DNA of 61,884 bases, counting the filler, from Basidiobolus ranarum (lineage: Eukaryota), in the NCBI GenBank assembly GCA_040143965.1. It is 8 parts of 8 records of this genome, joined end to end, with 100 filler letters (N's around TTAATTAATTAA, not from the genome) between each part and the next. Parts side by side here need not be neighbours in the genome. Positions count along the whole stretch, not along the records: positions 46,524 to 54,156 come from JASJQH010001089.1; positions 54,257 to 61,884 come from JASJQH010001090.1; 6 more parts are not named here. One strand, given 5' to 3'. Both the position numbers and the translations under genes were made by a program. Within the stretch, counting starts at the first letter, position 1. Each line of letters opens with the position of its first letter. The notes beneath the pieces were generated by a model. It had not been told where the DNA came from and did no database searches. It saw only the letters and a list, made by a program, of their open reading frames with translations. Positions 51,980 through 61,884 of the stretch are shown here, piece after piece.

Positions 51980-52420
51980 TACTCCTGAGTTTGATGTTAG
52001 GCTGACTATGTGGTGAATAGATGTCAATAGGTATGAAAAAATTGGACAGGGCTCTTGACCATGGAATCATGGAGCTCAATGTTATATTTGGAAAGTAGTG
52101 ATGTTTATGCCTGATGAAGAAACTCCATTGCTCTGACAAAATCTTTAGTAAGATAGTGCATTGTACCCACAAAACCTGTAAGTTTACTGATGGCAGGAGT
52201 GTCATCAATACATACAATGATATTTTCTTTAAGATAATATTCACCCATCTGAACCGCAATAGATACCAGTTCAAATTCCACAATCAGAGGCTCCAGGAAG
52301 CTGTCTATAAGCACCACTGATATAGGTCCAGATATGATGGAAAGTATCAGAAGACTATAACTCTTTCACCATTCAGAAGACAGGAGAATTTAGTTATTAA
52401 ATTAATGGCTAACTTGCCTT
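51980..52420 (-). mobile_element. CACTA/EnSpm (CMC) transposase relic
   Basis: ILSIISGPISVVLIDSFLEPLIVEFELV...CIDDTPAISKLTGFVG, then HHYFP in a neighbouring frame: the tnp2-type pattern I.GP....DSFL.P...E....D.PA..K..GF.G. Confidence 0.75.
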
Positions 52421-52465
52421 TCCAACAGTATATAAGTTTAGTGAGAAACCTGATAGAAGTGTTGA

Positions 52466-53173
52466 GGGAATTTGGATGTGTTTTGGACCAGATTTGGTTT
52501 TGCAAATTAGACATTTAAGTTTTATCAAATTGAACATGTCCTATTTATAGATTACTATGCAATAGGACTATTGGATCTGCTTAAATCATAACAAACATAC
52601 CTGTTAAGCATTGGTGAAAATTTGAGATGCTTTTTCTATCAATTTGAGCAATAAACATATGCTTTTGAATGGCAGAATTAAGTGCGAATTAATCTGAATA
52701 TGAAAATACTGACTACTAAATAATGAGTTGCTATTTTCCCAATATCCAGCAAACCATACAAAGCCAATCCAATACATCATCTTATGTGTATTTAAAGAAA
52801 TATTAATTTTTCAGATTTTGATAGTGATACATATCAAGTATGTATTAAAATTAAGTAAATAGCAACTCATGATTTAGTAGCCTGTTTATTCATATTCTGA
52901 TTGCTTAGCCCTTAATTCTACCATTGAAAAATATTTATTTGTTGCTCTATTTGATAGAAATATCAATCAGATCACCTATAACTATCTCCACTATTTCCTC
53001 AAAACCTATGCAAATCATCTCACATTTGACCAACACTTAATAGGCATGTTTGTTATGACTTAAGCATGTCCAATAGTCCTATTTCATAATAAACTAAAAG
53101 TGGGTCACATTCAATTTAAAGAAACTCAAGTGTCTAATTCACAAATCCAAATCTTGTCCAAAAAACTAACTCC
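52466..53173. mobile_element. Fold-back / MITE-like element with ~255-bp imperfect terminal inverted repeats
   Basis: Left arm ~52481-52736 pairs with right arm ~52857-53165 (aataggactattgga/tccaatagtcctatt; ctactaaataatgagttgctattt/aaatagcaactcatgatttagtag). The right arm has an extra ~55 bp. Confidence 0.8.
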
Positions 53174-53269
53174 TAAATAATGTGTTGCTATTCAATAATC
53201 TCAGCATTCCAACTCAACTAATTATTTCTTATTTCTCCAAAACCAAACTTAAATCTTAATAATTTAAAT

Positions 53270-54156
53270 TGTACTTCAGCTAAAGGTTTAGTTAAGTTGT
53301 CAGCAATCATTTCTTCAATAGGGCATTAGATAAGTTCAATTATGTCTATCTCTATTGCGTCTTCAACAAAATTATGCCTAATATCTATATGTTTTGTTCT
53401 AGCATGATATGTAGGGTTTTAAGCTAATGAAAAACAACTTTGCTTGCCTTCAAATACTGTAGTGCCATATTTTTGCATGTAAAATAAGTCTCCCAAAAAA
53501 CTTAACCACATAGCTTCTGGTGTGGTAGCAGAGGCAGCCATGTACTCTGCTTCTGTAGTGGAAAGTTCTGTGATTGGTTGCTTTTTACACTTCCAAGTCA
53601 TGGCTCCATTACCATAGAGAAAACTGTACCCAGTTGTTGATCTTCTATCATCAAGGTTTCTTCCCCAGTTTGCATCTTTGAAGCCTCTAAAATGTTTTGA
53701 ATCAGGAGTGCCAGAGTATTCCAGAACTAGACCTACATTTCCTGTCAAATACCTGAATAATCATTTTACTGCGGTTTTGTACTCAGATCCAGGATGTTTG
53801 AGATAATGGTTGACAGTTCCCACTGCCACAGAAATGTATGGACATGTTCCATCCATGGTATATATTAATCTACCCACCATTGATTGAAAAGGGAACCCCT
53901 GGCTTTGATTTGAGTCATCTTAGGGTAAATAGGATGCAATTATTTCATTATATTATTTGAAATTAAATTCACTTTAAGATCCATTGGTGTGAATACAGGC
54001 TTGCCAATCTCCATGTCAAACCTTTCAGGATGTTTAGGATTTCTCCAGACTGAGTCAGCATAGGTTTCTATTTGGGTTCATCTATCTTGATTTGGATTCC
54101 AAGAAAATAACTAAATTCACCCATATCAGTCATCTGAAACTGGCTTGAAAGGCTGC
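53270..54156 (-). mobile_element. Ty1/copia RT-RNase H relic
   Basis: FQMTDMGEFSYFLGIQI, FQSMVGRLIY, DANWGRNLDDRRSTTGY, LSTTEAEYMA, HARTKHIDIRHNF, MIADNLTKPL; stops and frameshifts. Confidence 0.93.
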
Positions 54157-54256
54157 NNNNNNNNNNNNNNNNNNNNNNNNNNNNNNNNNNNNNNNNNNNN
54201 TTAATTAATTAANNNNNNNNNNNNNNNNNNNNNNNNNNNNNNNNNNNNNNNNNNNN
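54157..54256. other. Artificial contig linker
   Basis: N44-TTAATTAATTAA-N44. Confidence 0.99.
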
Positions 54257-54456
54257 TTGGGCTTCAGTCATGACTACAAAAGGGATTAGTACTACTGTTG
54301 CTCTAAAGGAGTAACTAGAAAGATTTAGGTCTAGACCTGATCTAATAGTCTTAAGGGTAAGTTGACACTTTGGAAGCATCACATAAATCTAATCGTGTAT
54401 GTGAATCGAATCACTTTCGGACTGATATACCATTCTTATGTTGATTTGGACTGGGT

Positions 54457-54893
54457 TCATGCAATCCTCAAGTTAAAGAGTACATCGCTGTCCGGACTAG
54501 TTGGGGATCGATACCAACTTTGTTCTTGTAGATTCAAGTGTGGGAATCCACTCTTTGGCTGGCCAAAAGTTGGCGTAGGTTGTGGAGATGTCTTGCTGAT
54601 TCGGATTGGACTCAATACTGGCGTCATAGGTGGAGATGGGTATGTGGTTACATTCACCAGAGTAAGTTTGGAGGAAATCTTCGTATGCTTTCTCGTCTCA
54701 TAGGTTAGTTGGGGCGCACCATGAGAAATACCAACACTTTTAGCATCTTCTTGTTGGCACGTCTCACTGCAATACAATGAATCCTAAAATAGCAGAAACC
54801 AGGGTAAGTAAAGGGAAACTAGAATCACCCACGTTAAAGACTTACATCAAGATCAACATGCTTATCACAAATGATGCACCAGTTCATATCCAT
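54457..54893 (-). CDS. Ecl1/2/3-family zinc-binding (life-span regulatory factor) protein, 2 exons
   Basis: MDMNWCIICDKHVDLD | intron 54784-54845 | DSLYCSETCQQED (C-x2-C...YCS-x2-C-x3-D), followed by an S/P-rich tail. Confidence 0.8.
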
Positions 54894-55427
54894 ATTTTTT
54901 AAAATGCTAAGAGAGAGAGAAAGGAAAAGCAAAAGCGTGATAAGAAATTGGAATGGCTCGTCGACTTATATAATGATCTTCTATCAGCATTTACTCCGCA
55001 TATACATTTGTGACGTTTCTAGGTTGAAAAATCTACGAGAATTTATTTAGCTTGAGTAGTGTGGACCGTTTCTTGTTTGAAGAAATAAGTAATCTCCTTA
55101 TTCGACCAAGATTGTGATCATTTGTGTTGATTCGTTTCAGTTCATTCGAGGATGAATTACGAGCTAACAAGACGAGAAATCACCGAAAACAATAAACGGA
55201 CATATTCATATTCTCCATCATCTTAATGCTCAGTAGCCCCTATCCGGCCCGGGATTCTTTTTAAACCATAGTTTATTTGTCCTAACCTTTTCCTCAAACC
55301 ACTTGCTGTGCAATCCTTTTGAAACATCTATTCAGTTTTTTTATTCAAGTACCAAATAAAAACCGTGCCACAGATCCATCTAAATTGTTGTGCTTAAATT
55401 ATGCTTAGGTTGTCGCTTAATTGGTAG

Positions 55428-56257
55428 CTAGATTAACTGATTCATTAGCAGAGCTTTTACCACCTTGTAGGCCCAAGTGGCCCCATAATCTTGGCCCAAG
55501 ATTTCTGCATCAGGATTCTGATCGCGTGTCTCGGGCTCTAGAGCATCCCGAGTCCGGGAATAGGTTTCGGTAGATTCTTCTTTGTTGGGACTCTCGACCT
55601 GAGGATCACTTTTAGCACTTTCTTTCACGACAGGAGAATTGGTTGTAACAGATTCTTTCTTAGCAGGAGCAACGTCAGTAGAATTGGTTGAAATAGGTTC
55701 TTTCTTAGCAGGAGCAACGTCAGTAGAATTGGTTGAAATAGGCTCTTCTTCAGTAAGAGCAACGTCAGGAGAAATGACTTTAGTAACTTTTTCGTCAGAG
55801 ACTGCTGTGATATTAAAAATGGTTATCTCATGGGAATCTTTCTTGGTAACCAGTTTTCCCTCATGTTTGTAGCTATAAGTCATGTTTAATTGAAATATGT
55901 TGCTCAAATTTCCTTGGAATTGAATCTCTGAAGGAATCTTCCAATCCGCGAGAAATATAGGTTCGTCTGATCGAATGATATCAAGTGTCTTGGGACCGAA
56001 TACGTCGACTAGAGCAGTGTTTTGGTCGCAAAGTTCAACCGTCATGTTAAGTGCGTTAATCATATCACCAGTGTTGTTTACATTAATCTTAACAATATCC
56101 GTGGCTTTGTAGGTTGAATGTAGCGAATTGTCGAACTTGATGTCAGCTAAGGTATGACGCAAGTAGAGTTAGCATAGGTAGTACAAATGGAATAAACTTG
56201 TCACTTACCAAGTACCACATTATATACGCAGAGGAATAGAAAACCGATTCTTAACAT
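55428..56257 (-). CDS. Secreted protein of unknown function with 15-aa repeats, 2 exons
   Basis: Signal peptide MLRIGFLFLCVYNVVL|A (intron 56147-56208), beta-rich N-domain with several N-x-S/T sites, EPISTNSTDVAPAKK x2. Confidence 0.75.
55655..55770. repeat. 45-bp coding tandem repeat (~2.5 copies)
   Basis: ttctttcttagcaggagcaacgtcagtagaattggttgaaatagg repeated. Confidence 0.9.
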
Positions 56258-56367
56258 TTCTTTTTTATTGTTGATGAATTCGAATACAAGTCAACCATTT
56301 ATAAAGCGAAATAAGTGATATTCTTTAAAGAGTCTAGACTAAGAAATACATCAGAGTGGCAGGGTGG

Positions 56368-56620
56368 GCTAGGGTTAGGGTTAAGGCTAGGTAGGTGTCA
56401 ATATAAGAGGCATATCTGATCATTTTCAGAAATCAAACTGGACTGCTGTCGTCCATTTCTAGGATGTATCGCGATCTTCCGAGATACACCGCCCTTTGTT
56501 TTTGCTTGGTAATATCTCAACGTGTATATTGCTAGGCAGAGTAGATTGTGCTTTTTGGTATGATGTAGCTCGGTAATGATTGGATCAAATATTTAGTTGA
56601 GCACCGCTAGGGTTAGGGTT
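56368..56620. promoter_or_regulatory. Two identical telomere-like 15-mers (gctagggttagggtt) in a divergent promoter
   Basis: The 15-mer is at 56368 and 56606, between the ATGs at 56257(-) and 57095(+). Regulatory role is inferred. Confidence 0.4.
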
Positions 56621-57094
56621 CGGAGGCGGGTAAATGTTCATTTAGTCTAATGTTGAAGAGCTACCATTAAATACACGTGAAGCGGAATAATAACTCACAA
56701 AGGTTTCAAAGTCTGGTAGGTAAGAAGTCAAACTCAGTGACGACTCGCTTGAGGCTTCTCGCACCAAAACCAGGCAACAGCTGCGGTAGATAGGAACGAA
56801 TAAAGTGCGCCCATCCAGATTTGGGGAGAGAAAATACAAACATCAACATGAGTAACACCATGGATATACGTAGTATAAATTTAGGAGCCAATGGTTTTTT
56901 AAAATGCTCATGGACAGTTATTGAGCTGAACACGAATCATTTGAGCCTTCGCTACCTGCTACATTAAAATAATCACACAAGTCTTATCCTTTAGTTGACT
57001 CTGTACACGACGGTAAGCTTTACTATTACCCTAACCACATAACAAATCATTAACTTATTTGTTCCACAGTATTCACACTCTCATACACTTGAAC

Positions 57095-57637
57095 ATGACT
57101 TCAACAGTTATCATCGTCATGGGGGTTTCCGGTTGCGGTAAAAGTACCGTTGGCGAAAATCTCGCTCAATCAATAGGATATGAATTTATAGATGGGGATC
57201 ACTTTCATCCCGAAAGTAATTTAAACAAGATGTCCAATGGTATCCCATTAGTAGACGAAGACCGTTGGCCTTGGCTTACTACTTTGCGAGATGCTTACGT
57301 AAAGAAAATCCAAGAATCTGATGAACCTAAAGGCATCGTGGCAGCTTGCTCCGCTTTAAAACGGAAATATAGAGAACTTCTGTCGGACGTACCAAAGAAT
57401 ATCAGAGTAGTATATCTCTATCTCGAGGGAGACGAACACACTCTATACGAAAGGATGAAACATCGAAAACACCATTTCATGAAACAAGATATGCTTAAGA
57501 GCCAACTTGAAGACTTGGAAGCGCCAAATCCTAGTCAGGAAGACGTAATCAAAGTCAACATCAGCAATCCTTTAGAGCAGGTGTTGAAAGAAGTAGAGGA
57601 AAAACTAAAGGAAGGACCCAAGAAATTGGCAATTTAA
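57095..57637 (+). CDS. Gluconokinase (GntK/IDNK family)
   Basis: VIIVMGVSGCGKSTVG, FIDGDHFHPESNLNKMSNGIPLVDEDRWPWL, ACSALKRKYRELL, HFMKQDMLKSQLEDLEAP; probable 5'-UTR intron ~57013-57069. Confidence 0.95.
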   Translation: MTSTVIIVMGVSGCGKSTVGENLAQSIGYEFIDGDHFHPESNLNKMSNGIPLVDEDRWPWLTTLRDAYVKKIQESDEPKGIVAACSALKRKYRELLSDVPKNIRVVYLYLEGDEHTLYERMKHRKHHFMKQDMLKSQLEDLEAPNPSQEDVIKVNISNPLEQVLKEVEEKLKEGPKKLAI

Positions 57638-58235
57638 TAAAATTACATCATGCACTTCAACACTAATATTTATCTGTGTGTGACACATGCACAAATGAAT
57701 TGGAGACATTGGAGAGAGTCCAAGGACAAATTCTTCCGGAACTGCCTGTATCTGCCCCAATCAACTGGTCAGAAAAAGATATAGGTTTAGGGTTTATTCG
57801 GCTTGACTACGGTTATCATTATTGAACCAGTAACGGTGGTCAAATAACATGTGGGTCAGTATTTTCGGATTTATTCGGATTTATCAGAGAAGGGCATAAG
57901 CTTAATGATACGACATATACATATGATATATACATATATATATACCCATTTTTGTAATCTCGGTGATCCAATGAAAGAATAACAAAAGCGAAAAGGTGGG
58001 GAGAAAAATTTGACTATCAGTTTATCTCTCTAATTTTGATTTTTTTACCAATTAAACTGGCTATATGGTGTCATTACAATTGCATTCAAGTCCGAATTCC
58101 ACAACTATCCCCAAATAAAAGTGAATACCCCAATAAAAATCCGCGGAATTATCGTGAATAAATATGCTGACCCCGCTTCCGATTTGCATTGCCAGCATCT
58201 TTGCCTATCGCCTTTCCTAATTTCCACTTATCAAA

Positions 58236-59189
58236 ATGTCTATTGTTCCTAAGTTTGTCGCTGCTTCTGCTAACGAGAACAACAAGCCCACTGGTGCTGG
58301 TTTGTACGCTCGTTTCGCTTTCGCTGGTGCTGTCTGCTGTGGTGTCACCCACGGAGCTCTTACTCCTGTGGATGTCGTCAAGACCAGAATCCAACTTGAA
58401 CCCACTGTTTACAACAAGGGTATGGTTGCTGGTTTCCGCCACATCATCAAGAATGAAGGTGCCGGTGCTCTCTTGACCGGTTTCGGACCTACTTTCTCTG
58501 GTTACTTCCTTCAAGGTGCTTTGAAGTTCGGAGGTTATGAACTCTGGAAGAAGAACTTCATTGACATTCTCGGTATCGAGACTGCCTCTAACAACCGTAC
58601 TGCTATTTACCTCGCTTCTTCTGCTATCGCTGAATTCTTCGCCGATATTGCCCTTTGCCCCTTGGAAGCTACTCGTATTCGTCTCGTTTCTCAACCCAGC
58701 TTCGCTACTGGTCTTTTCTCCGGATTCTCCAAAATCTTGAAGGAAGAGGGTATTGCCCGCGGTTTCTACTCCGGTTTCGGACCTATTTGCTTCAAGCAAA
58801 TTCCTTACACCATGGCCAAGTTCGTCGTTTACGAACGTGCTGCTGAGTACATCTACGGTACCCTCAGCACTCCTAAGGAGTTGTTGAGCTCCGGTGCTCA
58901 CACTGGTGTCAACCTTACCTCCGGTCTTATCGCTGGTATCTGCGCTGCCATCGTCTCTCAACCTGCTGATACCCTTCTTTCCAAGATCAACAAGCAAAAG
59001 GGTGCCGCTGGATCTGTCACCAGCCGTTTGATCGGTCTCTCCAAGGAACTTGGTGTTAAGGGACTCTTCATCGGTCTTGGTCCTCGTATTGTCATGGTTG
59101 GTGCTTTGACTTCCCTTCAATTCGCCATCTACGGTGATATCAAGAGAGTCCTTGGTGCTACCGGTGGTGTTGAAATTACCAAGAACTAA
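58236..59189 (+). CDS. MIR1: Mitochondrial phosphate carrier
   Basis: [73 protein letters not shown]; strong codon bias. Confidence 0.97.
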   Translation: MSIVPKFVAASANENNKPTGAGLYARFAFAGAVCCGVTHGALTPVDVVKTRIQLEPTVYNKGMVAGFRHIIKNEGAGALLTGFGPTFSGYFLQGALKFGGYELWKKNFIDILGIETASNNRTAIYLASSAIAEFFADIALCPLEATRIRLVSQPSFATGLFSGFSKILKEEGIARGFYSGFGPICFKQIPYTMAKFVVYERAAEYIYGTLSTPKELLSSGAHTGVNLTSGLIAGICAAIVSQPADTLLSKINKQKGAAGSVTSRLIGLSKELGVKGLFIGLGPRIVMVGALTSLQFAIYGDIKRVLGATGGVEITKN

Positions 59190-60459
59190 ATGAATTTGCC
59201 AATTCATATGCATATGTCTTATACAATTTACACATTAACTCTTACCACACCATACCATACCATGCCATACACTTCATACTTCCATGACCTACATGATCAC
59301 AAGAAAAGCAACATTCAATAGATGATCCTTTTTTTAGTAGAATTAACAATATTTCCCATCATTTCCGACAAATCATAATTAAACCAAGTAAATCATTTTG
59401 ATAAGTTTATTTGTTCCTTGATTGATTTTGTTCAGGTTGAATGATCGTCAATTCATTTCACGCTAACCTAATCGACCATGGTTCCTGGGAGTCATGTATC
59501 GGGGTGTTGCATCTCAATACTCTCCACTAAATCTTTAAATACTGGTTTAATACAATTTCAGGTCGATCATTTGTGATGGATCTGTCCATACTGCCAGTTA
59601 CAAATATTCACCATCATCAGAAAAACTGACGTTCGTAACAAATGACGAATGTGTTTGGTAAGTATTACTCGGTGCCTAGAATAAATTACTGTTCATGTTG
59701 GTGGATAAGAAGTATGGATGAGTTATAGATTTTCTTGATATGCTGAGTATGCGTACAGCTTGATCTGAGAGCGTGTATTTCCACTGGTTAAAATACTGAT
59801 TCTTGGGCTTCCCGAAACCGCATAAATCTGCAATATATGGTACAATGCTACAAAACAGTTCATTCACATCACTCTACTCGAATGTCCCTTTGAATAAACA
59901 ATAATATAGGGTTTACAATCCGACTTGTAACTGATCACTTTAATCAAAGATATATATATATAGATGCACCACTATAGTGATGAAGTCATCGTTAGGTCCA
60001 GTGAAGAATCGTTGTGTGTTTGATCTAACTATTCCACTGACCTAGCAAAATGCACAAGCTCAGAAGAAGATTCACTGGTGGAAGTAACTAAAGGACATAT
60101 ATTGTTGCGACAGTCACGTGTATGGCATCCATATGCATGTTCTAATTGAAGGAACTCGCTTGGTATGCTATTGCATGACGGAATGAATTGACTTGGTGTG
60201 TAAGTGGCACTAGCTTAGCCATGGATGATTTAACTTGGTATAATTGGTAAGCCACTAATAACGAATCCAACTGACAATAATTAGAAACTTATTTACGGAG
60301 GTGTTCGCTGGATTGTTCAAGAGTGCTCTGGCATGATTGCCCAAAAGTATAAAAGGTAAGTGAAAAGGTCAAAGTGTCAGCGGCGCTTTTCTAGAAACTT
60401 ACTATCCACTTGGACTAAACGAAGACTAAAGCGTAGCTGATCCTATTATGTATATATAG

Positions 60460-60910
60460 GTATAGATTAACTCCGAATATGAAATGGAATATATCTTCTT
60501 TCTCATCTATACCCGACTTTTCCTCTACCAAAGATTCGGTCATATCATATTCCACTTCACCCCAGGAGTCATCTGAAGAGCGAAACTCACGATCAAATAG
60601 AGTAAGTTTTCAAAACTTGAGTAAAAATAAATCGAACACCCCAGAAAGGAATAACCCATTGACTACCTGGAGTTACCTTCAGCCAGGAATAGTTTAGAGT
60701 TCCATGCTGGATTCAGATTTTGTGAATCGTTTTGGACTGAGCAATTTGACCACCTTTACCACTTCCAACCGACCAATCACCTAAGAGTTGAAATTGTAAT
60801 ATAGTTCAGCGTTATCAAAGGTTACTTGGATAACTTTTTCACTCACTCTAATGTACATGCCAGTATCTTCATCCGCAGGGGTCAGGTTTTTGCCTTCAAA
60901 TAGCCTCATT
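60460..60910 (-). pseudogene. Decayed C2-domain gene
   Basis: MRLFEGKNLTPADEDTG | intron | ...GQIAQSKTIH(K, frameshift)NLNPAWN ... (frameshift) LTLFDREFRSSDDSWGEVEYDM are C2 motifs; the DPY motif is missing. Confidence 0.6.
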
Positions 60911-61344
60911 TTAGACTATCATTTTACAGCTATTTTAAAAAGATGGCTCTTGATTACTATTGGTCAATAGAGCATATTAATTCATGCACTTCTCTGACGT
61001 CACATGAAATACTTTTGGTAGCATCGTGGCTTTACCAATCAACGAGTAATTGATTTGATATGGGTGTTGGTGGCTGAGAATGGCTAAGAGAGACTGCTTA
61101 TACAAGAATTTGTAGTGATCGGAAACAGAGGTTAATGTTGTTATTGACAGTTTTCGTAAATATGATGATTTTTATAATTGTTGAGTTGCTCTTTAAGATC
61201 AATAATGCCGATTAGAATGTCCTATTGTTTGGCATTATATACATATGAAGCATCCACTAAGCGCTCAAATCAAGTTGCATAATTCGGATTTATTTAAAAT
61301 TCAAGATTACTTGCAAAATGCAGGAATTTAACTGCTAAATATCT

Positions 61345-61773
61345 CTATGCTGACTGAGTAGCCAAAACAAAAGCTCTCAATGCTTCTTTAGCTTTACCAG
61401 ATCGAATCGCTTCGCGTGCTAAAGTAACCCCCTCCTTAAAGTCAGAAGCTTTTTCGTCAAGCACAAGCAAAGCAGAAGTGTTGATAAGTATAAAATCCAA
61501 AATTGGACCCTCGTAGTTATTGTCGAGGATATCGGTTAATATCTTGGCATTGTATACGGAGTCTCCACCTGCGACTAAGCTCAAAGAATGACGAGGGAGT
61601 CCAAAATCATCGGGAGATATTTTTCTTTCAGTGATTTCACCATTGGTTAGTTCCCATAGCTTTAATTTAAGGAAATGTTAATATTGTTTCATGTAATGAA
61701 CATGCTTTTATCTTACATATGTGTCTAGCTCTGGACTAATTTCGTCTAATCCTTCAAATCCAGAGACTACGAA
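61345..61773 (-). CDS. TRP4: Anthranilate phosphoribosyltransferase, C-terminal part
   Basis: VVSGFEGLDEISPELDT | intron | LWELTNGEITEKKISPDDFGL...VAGGDSVYNAKIL...PILDFILINTSALL...FKEGVTLAREAIRSGKA. Confidence 0.88.
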
Positions 61774-61884
61774 CTACACCTTCATTCGACTGCGCGCGCG
61801 AAATTTTGGAAGTGGTGGTTTCCTGTACCAAAGTAGGTTGTGAATCAGGAAGAATCTGCTTTGACATGATACGTAACTACCATA

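Noticed and set aside
7673..54256. Regularly spaced N/TTAATTAATTAA/N blocks as a biological repeat, and any gene cluster spanning them
   Set aside because: They are identical 100-nt linkers between contigs of steadily decreasing length (7672, 7662, 7659, 7650, 7641, 7639, 7633, 7628 bp): a concatenation artefact.
56340..56950. Telomerase RNA (template-like aaccctaaccctag on the minus strand)
   Set aside because: The motif occurs twice and similar motifs sit in other promoters; I see no pseudoknot or other TR structure.
58149..59213. 354-aa antisense ORF over MIR1
   Set aside because: Shadow ORF produced by the strong codon bias of a highly expressed gene; no recognisable motifs.
59555..59895. 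Very degraded Rho/Rac GTPase remnant (IICDGSV, ITVHVGG, NVPL fragments)
   Set aside because: Only scattered weak matches across frames; P-loop GKT and DTAGQ are absent. Not supportable without a search.

Overview
This window is not one locus. It is eight unrelated contigs of about 7.6 kb, sorted by decreasing length and joined by 100-nt N/TTAATTAATTAA/N linkers, so adjacency across linkers means nothing. The DNA is eukaryotic, AT-rich and has short GT-AG introns. It looks like an early-diverging fungus (Basidiobolus-like is my best guess, inference only). Recognisable genes: an animal-type membrane UDP-glycosyltransferase plus a broken copy, MSP1, a LysM protein, DNAJC3/Jem1-like, a homeobox gene, a mitochondrial PPR protein, ACBD5/Atg37-like, PSR1-like phosphatase, RPP0, KCH1-like, a GPI-anchored protein, an NRPS-like N-terminus near an intronless P450, Ecl1-like, gluconokinase, MIR1 and the 3' end of TRP4. 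Hand translation found decayed genes absent from the ORF track: a secreted DUF3472-like gene, a Tc1 transposase and a C2-domain gene. Contig 7 is an almost CpG-free nest of transposon relics. I cannot demonstrate a new multi-gene system. The best leads are the NRPS-like + P450 pair, the UGT with a His in the donor-specificity position, the DUF3472-like pseudogene, the N51R homeodomain, and an unrecognised decayed repeat-protein ORF in the transposon nest. All family assignments come from motif recognition by eye, and boundaries of relics are approximate.
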